Shown here: positions 30,585 to 38,304 of the stretch, one piece after another
How positions within the stretch are numbered: position 1 is the first letter of the stretch
Layout: each line of letters starts with the position of its first letter
Assembly (NCBI GenBank): GCA_963778115.1
Contig: CAVZSV010000004.1
Location: 1,280,001-1,344,000, forward strand
DNA: 64,000 nt
Direction of reading: 5' to 3'
From: an uncultured delta proteobacterium
GTDB lineage: Bacteria; Bdellovibrionota; FAC87; UBA2466
Notes under the pieces: generated by a model
Databases searched by the model: none
Seen by the model: only the letters and a program-made list of their open reading frames with translations
What the model was told of the DNA's origin: nothing
Translations under genes and position numbers: made by a program

Positions 30585-31247
30585 TTATTCTAACTTAGTA
30601 AGCCCCTGGGCGACAATTTTGGCGAACATTTTTCCCGTGGCCGCCATCTGTTCTTTATCAAAACCAAAAACCTCCCCTGCCAGGAAGGCTAAGGAGAAGT
30701 TGATCCCTAAGATACAATGGCTAAGCTGGGTTAAATCTAGGTCTTCGTCTATCAGCCCCTGGTTTTGGAAATGGCGTAAATGATCGGCCACAGCGGGAAG
30801 ATCCTCCTCCACGATCGACTTTCCGACCTGCTTGGCAAGTTCTGGCTCGACGATGGCCCTAGACAAGACGATACGGATGAGTTCCGAATGATTTCGATGA
30901 TGCCGAAAAAGGAAAGCACATAGCTGCTCGAGGTCAGACGCTAAATCGCCGGCGATCGGGATGGAGGCAACGCGCTCTTTTCCATTTTGAGAGTTCCATC
31001 GGCGCATCACTTCGATGAAGAGACCAGACTTTCCTTCGAAATACCTTTGGATTAACGCTTCGGATACTTTGGCGCGTTTTGCAATTTCGCGGGTGGTGGT
31101 AGCTTCGTAGCCCAGTTCGGAGAATACAGCGACAGCGGCGTCCAGAAGAGCCTTCTTACTTCCTTCTTTATCTCGCTTTCGGCGCGCGGAATCGCTAACA
31201 ACAACTTTCGACTCATCCGCAGGCCCGTAGTCGTCTTTTGAGAACAT
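30585..31247 (-). CDS. TetR/AcrR-family transcriptional regulator
   Basis: LLDAAVAVFSELGYEATTTREIAKRAKVSEALIQRYFEGKSGL HTH. Confidence 0.93.
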   Translation of the reverse strand: MFSKDDYGPADESKVVVSDSARRKRDKEGSKKALLDAAVAVFSELGYEATTTREIAKRAKVSEALIQRYFEGKSGLFIEVMRRWNSQNGKERVASIPIAGDLASDLEQLCAFLFRHHRNHSELIRIVLSRAIVEPELAKQVGKSIVEEDLPAVADHLRHFQNQGLIDEDLDLTQLSHCILGINFSLAFLAGEVFGFDKEQMAATGKMFAKIVAQGLTKLE

Positions 31248-31280
31248 GGAGAGGCTCCCTTCAAAAGTATATTTAGTTAT

Positions 31281-31304
31281 GTATTGTTAACTATCTAACA
31301 ATAC
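31281..31304. promoter_or_regulatory. candidate TetR operator palindrome
   Basis: GTATTGTTA-N6-TAACAATAC perfect 9-bp inverted repeat 34 nt upstream of the tetR start. Confidence 0.6.
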
Positions 31305-31691
31305 CGCCTCGACCTCGGCATGGTCAACCCTAGTTGATACAGGCCCATGCTTTTTAGCAGGGCACATTTACTTCAGCTCAATGTTGCTAATGAGTCTAAG
31401 TTTCTTTGAACTCCATGGGTCTCGTCGATAAAAAGGGAATGACAGATTCCTCGTGGAATAGTTTCCAAGGCGAGTAACAATGCGTTACTCGCTTGCCCTG
31501 CCGCGATAGTTTTCCGGGCCCGCTTGCGGGAAAGCGCGACTTTTCTTCACCTCTCTGCTTAACCCGTCGAGTCGAGAAAAATCTCACAGCAGGAGTCCAG
31601 AAAAGGCGCTTGGCGGGAGTTTATAGAAAGCGTTTGAATTTCAGTAGGATTGCCATTACGTTTTGCACTGTAAAAAGGAATTTTTTGGTTC

Positions 31692-32909
31692 TTGGAACGC
31701 GGGGTAAAGGCTTTGTTCGAAGGAAAACGGAATCGTCAATCAGGTGCGGCAGGGGTCGAAGCTGGCTTGGCCAACGGTAGACTCCCGGGCCATTTGGGTT
31801 TGTGGGCTATTTGGAAACCCAACCACACGCTCACCGAAGTCTATCGAGCCATTGTCACCGCCAAAAGTGCCGGTTCGAACTCCGGGATTCAATTTACCTA
31901 CACCTTTGCACCCGCTTTCGATGCCCCTTTCTGCCGATCCCTCGAAATGCCTCTGGCGTTTAAAAATTTCCTAGTCGGTACCAATCGCGCTGAGATGGGA
32001 ACTCTCTCCGTCGAACTCTGGTTGGCCAATGGTGCCACTATCCATTTGTCTTTGCGTACGGATAAAATTTTGCCTCTTTATCGAGGGCGCGGTTTTGGGT
32101 CGCGGAATGCTCCCGATGCGGCTCCCCTGGCACCAGGCTACCAAACGGTGGACAGCCCGCAAATCGCTTCGATGCCCAGAGAGAAGCTCAAAGCCTATAG
32201 CGACAAGGTCCGACAAGAGCTCGAAGAGAAACGGCTTAAAGACGAGGCCGAACGCAAAGCTCGTGAAGAAGCAGAAGCGCTGGCCAAAGCAGCCGCGGAA
32301 AAAGCCGCCGCTGATAAAGCGGCGGCTGCAGCAGCCAAGGCCGCCGCCGCTAAAGCTCCTGGCGGGGCTTTACCCCCCTCCGGCGGTCCTTCACTGGCTC
32401 CCGCTAAGGTGGGCATTTTCTTTGGCTCTTCCACCGGAAATACCGAAGATGTCGCGGGTCAGATAAAGTCCGAATTGGGCGATGTCGTTGACTACGTCAA
32501 AAACATTACCGAAATCTCTCCCGCCGATCTTACGGTTTGTGAAAACCTCATCTTAGGGGTTCCCACCTGGCACATTGGAGAGATGCAAGATGATTGGGCA
32601 GTGATCTTGCCCGAAGTGGCGAAGCTTAATTTCTCGGGGAAAAAGGTCGCGGTCTTTGGCTTGGGAGACGGCAAAGGGTATCCCGAAACCTACGTCGATG
32701 CCATGCAGGAGCTGCTCGAAAAATTTGAAAAGACTGGGGCTAAATTGGTCGGTTTGTGGCCGACGGAAGGGTATCTTTTCTCAAAGTCCAAAGCCATCCG
32801 AGACGGTAAATTCTTAGGCCTTGTGATTGACGTTGAGAACCAAAACGATATGACTGACAAGCGTGTCAAGACATGGGTCGCCCAGATCCGCAAGGAGTTG
32901 GCACTTTAG
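31692..32909 (+). CDS. long-chain flavodoxin fused to an unknown N-terminal domain via a charged/Ala-rich linker
   Basis: Flavodoxin from 32406 (GIFFGSSTGNTE, GVPTW, FGLGD, FLGLVID...RVKTW); TTG start after AAGGA. Confidence 0.8.
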   Translation: MERGVKALFEGKRNRQSGAAGVEAGLANGRLPGHLGLWAIWKPNHTLTEVYRAIVTAKSAGSNSGIQFTYTFAPAFDAPFCRSLEMPLAFKNFLVGTNRAEMGTLSVELWLANGATIHLSLRTDKILPLYRGRGFGSRNAPDAAPLAPGYQTVDSPQIASMPREKLKAYSDKVRQELEEKRLKDEAERKAREEAEALAKAAAEKAAADKAAAAAAKAAAAKAPGGALPPSGGPSLAPAKVGIFFGSSTGNTEDVAGQIKSELGDVVDYVKNITEISPADLTVCENLILGVPTWHIGEMQDDWAVILPEVAKLNFSGKKVAVFGLGDGKGYPETYVDAMQELLEKFEKTGAKLVGLWPTEGYLFSKSKAIRDGKFLGLVIDVENQNDMTDKRVKTWVAQIRKELAL

Positions 32910-32927
32910 TGCACAAAGGAGTTTCCT

Positions 32928-34277
32928 TTGTATCAGGCTCGGGTTCGAAACCAATCTTTCCCTTTTAGATCTCTCAACGAAGTTCTGGGGAAAGCCAACG
33001 AGTTCCGATCCGGAGACAAGAGCGTCGGTCTTTGCGCTTCCGATGAAAAAGAGCGGGTCGCTGCTCAATATGTGCTAGCGGACCTTCCCCTCAAAACGTT
33101 CTACGAAAATCCCAGCATTCCTTACGATCGCTGCGAGGTCACCCGCGTTATTATCGATGCCATAGACACTTCTATTTACGACAAAGTTAAGGGCTGGACG
33201 GTAAGCCAACTTCGGGAATTTCTTCTTTCGGCTTCGTCTCAAGAGGTTGCTGGACTTCGTTGGGCATTAACCGCCGAAATGGTGGCAGGAGCCGTTAAAC
33301 TTTGTTCGAACATGGATCTGGTCCAGATCTCACAGAAGATCCGTAACCCTAGCCGAGCCAAAACGACGATAGGGCTACCGGGCACGTTAAGCTCTCGTCT
33401 TCAGCCCAACCATCCGACCGACAGTATTTCCGGAATCTTGGCCCTTACTTACGAGGGGCTTTCGTACGGATGCGGGGACTGCCTGATTGGGATTAACCCC
33501 GCCATAGACAGTGTCGAAAGTGTCTCTAAAATTGGCGCCGCCATTACCGAGGTGATCGAGCGTTTCGAAATTCCGACGGTGGGATGTGTCCTTTCTCACA
33601 TCACTACCCAAATGGAAGCACTTCGCAAAGGAGCCAAACTCGATATCCTTTTTCAAAGTTTGGCCGGATCGCAAAGTGCGAACAAACATTTTGGAATTTC
33701 CGTCTCTACCATTAAAGAGGCCAACGATCTGGCGAAGGATAAACACCCCGATTGGCCCAACCACCTTTATTTCGAAACCGGACAAGGCTCCGAGTTATCC
33801 TTAGAAAGCCACGAGGGCGTCGATCAGGTTACGCTAGAGGCACGGACCTACGGCCTCGCTCGAGCCTTCTCTCCTTACATGGTCAATAATGTTTCGGGAT
33901 TTATCGGACCGGAAATTCTTTTTGACGGAAAGCAGATGATCCGCGCCAATTTGGAGGATCTTTGCATGGCAAAACTCTTGGGACTGCCAATGGGAATGGC
34001 GCCTTGCTATACGACCCATGCCGAGATCGACCAGAATGATCATGAAATAGCGACGATGCTTCTCACGCTTGCCGGTAGCCAGTATTTCATGGCGATAGGA
34101 CAAAATGACGACGTGATGCTCAGTTACCAAGATACCAGTTTTCATGACAACGTGGCTTTGAGGCGCCTCAATCATCTAAGAACCACACCGGAATTTGAAG
34201 GTTGGATGGAAAAAATGGGACTCATGAAAGAAAGAGCTCCCACGGAAAGGTTCGGAGACCCTAGTGTCTTTCAGTAA
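32928..34277 (+). CDS. eutB: ethanolamine ammonia-lyase large subunit
   Basis: RLQPNHPTD, IGINPA, YFETGQGS, VDQVTLEARTYG, GFIGPE, CYTTHA. Confidence 0.97.
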   Translation: MYQARVRNQSFPFRSLNEVLGKANEFRSGDKSVGLCASDEKERVAAQYVLADLPLKTFYENPSIPYDRCEVTRVIIDAIDTSIYDKVKGWTVSQLREFLLSASSQEVAGLRWALTAEMVAGAVKLCSNMDLVQISQKIRNPSRAKTTIGLPGTLSSRLQPNHPTDSISGILALTYEGLSYGCGDCLIGINPAIDSVESVSKIGAAITEVIERFEIPTVGCVLSHITTQMEALRKGAKLDILFQSLAGSQSANKHFGISVSTIKEANDLAKDKHPDWPNHLYFETGQGSELSLESHEGVDQVTLEARTYGLARAFSPYMVNNVSGFIGPEILFDGKQMIRANLEDLCMAKLLGLPMGMAPCYTTHAEIDQNDHEIATMLLTLAGSQYFMAIGQNDDVMLSYQDTSFHDNVALRRLNHLRTTPEFEGWMEKMGLMKERAPTERFGDPSVFQ

Positions 34278-34995
34278 AGATCTTACGGGCAACGCTTTTG
34301 TCGAAAAGCTAAGAGCAGCCACCCCCGCGCGTATCGGGATCGGACATGCGGGAGGCCGTTACCCGACAAAGGCCCAACTGAAGTTTAAGGAGGACTTGGC
34401 AATATCTCGGGACGCGGTTCGTAGAGACGTTCCCGAAACGCTAATTCATTCGCTTGGCCTTCTAAAGCTTAAGTCTCGCGCCACTCGACGCGAAGACTAT
34501 CTTATGAATACTTCATTGGGCCGGTTTCTCGACGATTCAAGTGTTCAAATTCTAAAGAAAGAGGCTATCGCTTCGCCTGACGTTCAGATCGTCACTTCGG
34601 ATGGCCTTTCCAGTGAGGCCTTTGAAAAAAACATCGGGGAGATTCTCCCTCTATTTTCCGAGGCCCTCGCCGCTAAAAACGTCTCTTTGGGGACTCCCCT
34701 GTTTGTCCGTTGGGGAAGAGTGGCCGTCATGGATCACATTGGGGATGTGATTCATCCCAAAGCAACCATTCTTTTCATCGGCGAACGACCAGGGCTTGGA
34801 ATTTCTGACTCCTTGAGTGCCTACTTTGAGTACGAACCTTGTGCTAAACGAGTGGAATCCGATAGGAACGTACTTTCGAATATCCATCGACTGGGAATGC
34901 CTCCGACCGAATCCGCCCTCATGCTAGCGGACGCCATCCATCAAGTACTGACTCAAAAGAAAAGTGGAATGAGTGTCCGCTTTGATTTCACGTGA
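34264..34995 (+). CDS. eutC: ethanolamine ammonia-lyase small subunit
   Basis: TPARIGIGHAG, SDGLSS, GRVAVMD, IGERPGL, RNVLSNIH. Confidence 0.95.
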   Translation: MSFSKDLTGNAFVEKLRAATPARIGIGHAGGRYPTKAQLKFKEDLAISRDAVRRDVPETLIHSLGLLKLKSRATRREDYLMNTSLGRFLDDSSVQILKKEAIASPDVQIVTSDGLSSEAFEKNIGEILPLFSEALAAKNVSLGTPLFVRWGRVAVMDHIGDVIHPKATILFIGERPGLGISDSLSAYFEYEPCAKRVESDRNVLSNIHRLGMPPTESALMLADAIHQVLTQKKSGMSVRFDFT

Positions 34996-36296
34996 TCTCC
35001 ATCGGTTTTGACATAGGAACCACAACCCTTCGCGCCGTGGCGGTGGAGCTGACACTTGGCCCCTTTCGCCGGAAAAGTGCCACTGCCTTGGGCCGTTCCC
35101 TCGTCCAATGGACTCCCTACCAAAACGATCTTTTAGATCAAACACAGATTCTAAGGATGTTGACGGAGTGGGTGGGCCAGGAAAAACTCCCTCCCCCCGA
35201 AGTGGGGACGCTGCTATTTACCGGGCAGGCTCAACGCGCGCCTAACGTGAGTCACGTAGCACAAGCCATCACCGAAAGGTGGGAGGGGCTCGTCTCGGCA
35301 CAACTTGACCCCGAGTTAGAAACCAGGGTCGCCGCTCACGGTGCGGGAGCCGTGGAGCTATCTCGGCAGCGGATCGGTCAGCCGGTATTACATATTGACG
35401 TCGGAGGAGGAACTTCAAATCTAGCTTGGATTGAAAACGGAGTGATTGAAGATACCGCCTGCTGGGACCTGGGTGCGAGAAAGTGGCGCCTCACCCCAGA
35501 AGGATTTGTCCTGGCTAAGACCAAGCAGGCCGGACAGCTTGAGTCCCTCTTTCCTGATATAGCTCCCCGAAGTGGCGCTTTCTCTCTTGAGTTGGCTAAG
35601 AAAGCGGCTCTGCGCTTGGCTTCCCTCATTTTAGATTATCGCTCCGTTCCGTCGCCCTTCCTGGTCGTTCCGTGGAAACACCCAAAAGCCAACGAAGCTC
35701 CCCTGCTTTCTCTTTCGGGAGGCATTGTCGAGTGTTTGCGATCGTCTGAGGAAGCGGACTTTCGTTTCGGAGATTTGGGCCCCTTTCTGGGGAAATCGAT
35801 CGTGGAAGAAGCAAAAGCAAGAGGATGGAAGGTTCATCTTTCTTTGGAACACGGGCGAGCCACAGCTCTTGGAGTAAGTTCGCACAGCTTTCAGGTAAGC
35901 GGGGCTTCCATATTCTCCATGGAGACGCAGAAACACCTTCATCTTCCTCTTTTTCAGGAGTCTGAGCCCTGGGCAGCGGCTAAGTTTGCCATTGCGGTAT
36001 CCCCTGTCGAGATGGAAAGTGCGGCGATAAAAAGCAAGGCTCTTGGGTTAGCCGAACGATTGAAAAGAGAATTCCCTGCTGGAAACACTACGATCGTCTT
36101 CGTGCTCGCTTCTAACCTAGGAAAAACGCTTGGCCATTTTCTAAAGGAACAATTGGATTCTCGATTTGAATTGGTGGTAATCGATGAAATAGAAAATTTG
36201 ATCCCAAAAGAGGCATCGGCACGAACTGTCGATTTGCGTTGGAGTGAGTCGGCCCAGAGATACACGTTGACGGTAAAGGCTTTGCATCTGTTCTAA
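34992..36296 (+). CDS. eutA: EutA-like ethanolamine ammonia-lyase reactivating factor
   Basis: ISIGFDIGTTT, IDVGGGTSN, FGDLGPFLG, RATALG; follows eutBC. Confidence 0.8.
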   Translation: MISIGFDIGTTTLRAVAVELTLGPFRRKSATALGRSLVQWTPYQNDLLDQTQILRMLTEWVGQEKLPPPEVGTLLFTGQAQRAPNVSHVAQAITERWEGLVSAQLDPELETRVAAHGAGAVELSRQRIGQPVLHIDVGGGTSNLAWIENGVIEDTACWDLGARKWRLTPEGFVLAKTKQAGQLESLFPDIAPRSGAFSLELAKKAALRLASLILDYRSVPSPFLVVPWKHPKANEAPLLSLSGGIVECLRSSEEADFRFGDLGPFLGKSIVEEAKARGWKVHLSLEHGRATALGVSSHSFQVSGASIFSMETQKHLHLPLFQESEPWAAAKFAIAVSPVEMESAAIKSKALGLAERLKREFPAGNTTIVFVLASNLGKTLGHFLKEQLDSRFELVVIDEIENLIPKEASARTVDLRWSESAQRYTLTVKALHLF

Positions 36297-36439
36297 GTTG
36301 CCGTCATTGCGACTATGGGAAAGGGAGTCAAGGGGTAGACGAGTCCCTTGAGGGTTTTCCCCCTTGATTTCCAGGTCTCCGTTGTTTCGAGCACGGTCAT
36401 TGCCAACAGCTTTGATCTGTGGCGGCCTTTTCTTTATTA

Positions 36440-36665
36440 GCAGGTTCCTAGATGCGACTATTTGGGCTCTCTAGGGCCTAAGCCCCGGGCCATAATAAAT
36501 TCGAGGATAAACGAGCGGGGGCTAACCGAGGCAAAAGACTCTCTCGTCGCATCTTGCGATAGCGACGGGGTCATCACAATGATTGAGCTCTCTCCGCTCC
36601 CCTCCAAGACCGGTGTCCGTTCTTCCATTTTGTGGCAAGAAGGATCGTGCTTGAAAGTCTGCTAA
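36440..36665 (-). ncRNA. putative bridge/seek RNA of the IS1111-type element
   Basis: Two stem-enclosed internal loops with segments matching the insertion target and the element circle junction; GCAA tetraloop; boundaries approximate. Confidence 0.7.
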
Positions 36666-36668
36666 GAT

Positions 36669-37040
36669 TTAAGTCGTTCTTATCCGCTTCGGATCGGAAC
36701 TGTGAAAAACAGGCTTCAAAAGTTCCGCCTTTAACAAAGTAACAAGTTTTCTAGCGTCGATTCGATCCGTCTTTGCTCCTTCGCTGAGTAATTTATTGCG
36801 GTAAGGATCGCAAACTAGAATCTCGTCCACGCTGCTCTTAAGCTCCGTGAAAAGCCACTGGGAAGTCGTGGTTTCCTCGAACCTGAGGATACTTCGTCCC
36901 TTTAGGCGACGCAGATATCCCTTGAGCTCTTTCACACTCGCCGGAACCTCAACGACTGATATCTCACTGGATTGCTTGGTCATCCGCGCTATTGCCATAT
37001 TGCTTTGCGCCCAATCTAAAGCGATGTAATGGTCATACAT
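36669..37040 (-). pseudogene. IS110 transposase, N-terminal DEDD (RuvC-like) domain only
   Basis: YIALDW, FEETT, KTDRIDARKL; 123 aa, lacks the C-terminal Tnp domain; SD AGGAG. Confidence 0.9.
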
Positions 37041-37264
37041 GGTGGGTCTCCTTCTATGGATTGACTAATCCATGGCTAGCCAACCCGTACAGGGTTAGAG
37101 CTTAAATCGTCCGCTATATGCGCGACGTAGGAGACCTACCTTTCCCATTTACCGAGGACCAGAAGAAGTATGCACGCGAAGCGACTCGACGACCTGTCCG
37201 CCGTAGCCTTGGCGAAGGAAGAATTAATCTCCATGCACGGAGGTGCATCGCAATGGCGAACGGT

Positions 37265-38242
37265 TTACTCGTCATTAGGCGCGCCGGCCATAGAAGACAA
37301 ATGGTGGGGCTTAATTTTTGAGGGATCAAATTTCTTTAGATTCGCAAGCATCGTATCGATGGTGTCATCAAAATCCGGATCGCCGCCTTTGATCCACCGA
37401 AGGGGATTAATTCTTGCGACCACGAACGTCTTTAGAAAAGGGCTGGTTAGCCCCACTTCTTTAAGCGCGGTAACCGCTTTGGTAACTTTTTCGTCTAGTT
37501 CAAAAAGTCGTTTCGCATGACGAGTACGCAAAGTGAGAGCGCGAGAAAGACGCTCTTCAAAGAAATGTTCGGTTCGCCGCAAGAATGAAAAGTAAGCTCC
37601 TCCCGAAAATTGTAACTTGGCTTCGTAACAAGCCCCCAAAGTGAGATAGGCAGCCTCCTCAAATTGATCGGCATAGGACGCCTCTTCGTCGCCAGGCGAG
37701 AGCTGTGCCAAGGCTCTGGCTAAACGGATTACTTCCAAAGACTTCTCCTTTACGTTGGGGGCCTTTTCCGTATTGAGGGCCAGAATATCCCGCGCCAAAG
37801 CAACGTCGGGAATGACCAACGCCATAATAGTCTTGGCTCCAAGCTTTTGAAGGGCTGTTGATCGATGCAAACCGTTGGGTGTTTCGTAGATCCCCTCTTC
37901 GGAACGAATGGCGATGATAGGATCAAGAAATCGATTTAGCCGCTGAACCTTTTGTGCCAAACGGTTCACGTGAGTCTGAGAAAGATTTCTCTGGTACTCC
38001 ACGGGCTTTACCTTATTCAAAGGCAGGGCCGCAAAGATCTGCCAATGGCTTCCCAGAGGTTCACGATAAGCCGACAGAACGCTTCCGCCATCGGCCTCTA
38101 TCTGAGTGGCTAGCTCGCGGATCTGCTCCGGCGGCTCCCCTTTTACCTCTTCGGGAGACAATCCCTTCGAATTCTTAGCGACCCGCTTCCGACGTATTTT
38201 CCGCTTCTTGGGCGCTTTCTTTTCGACATTCAGCATGGGCAT
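37265..38242 (-). CDS. ParB/Srx N-terminal-domain protein
   Basis: YQRNLS...RFLDPII...TPNGLHR; no adjacent parA. Confidence 0.8.
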   Translation of the reverse strand: MPMLNVEKKAPKKRKIRRKRVAKNSKGLSPEEVKGEPPEQIRELATQIEADGGSVLSAYREPLGSHWQIFAALPLNKVKPVEYQRNLSQTHVNRLAQKVQRLNRFLDPIIAIRSEEGIYETPNGLHRSTALQKLGAKTIMALVIPDVALARDILALNTEKAPNVKEKSLEVIRLARALAQLSPGDEEASYADQFEEAAYLTLGACYEAKLQFSGGAYFSFLRRTEHFFEERLSRALTLRTRHAKRLFELDEKVTKAVTALKEVGLTSPFLKTFVVARINPLRWIKGGDPDFDDTIDTMLANLKKFDPSKIKPHHLSSMAGAPNDE

Positions 38243-38304
38243 GGCGAGACTATAGATGGATTACCCATCCTCTCGCAACGAAGGTTTTCTTCTCTTCGCA
38301 ACTA

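Larger units (their letters stand above)
36310..37155 (-). mobile_element. internally deleted IS110-family (IS1111-type) insertion sequence
   Basis: Sub-terminal IRs ATGGGAAAGG (36315-36324) and CCTTTCCCAT (37139-37148); shared core CGA at 36310-36312 and 37153-37155; outward TTGACT at the right end; DEDD transposase fragment; structured 3' non-coding region. Confidence 0.88.

Noticed and set aside
31400..31690. Cobalamin riboswitch upstream of the B12-dependent eut operon (AAAAGGGAA, GGGAAAG present)
   Set aside because: The conserved core order (GGGAA..GGTG.AA.TCC, GCCCCCGC.ACTGT, B12 box) could not be found by eye; an Rfam/Infernal scan would settle it
36462..36665. 67-aa plus-strand ORF
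   Set aside because: Lies antisense to the structured IS non-coding RNA; no protein features
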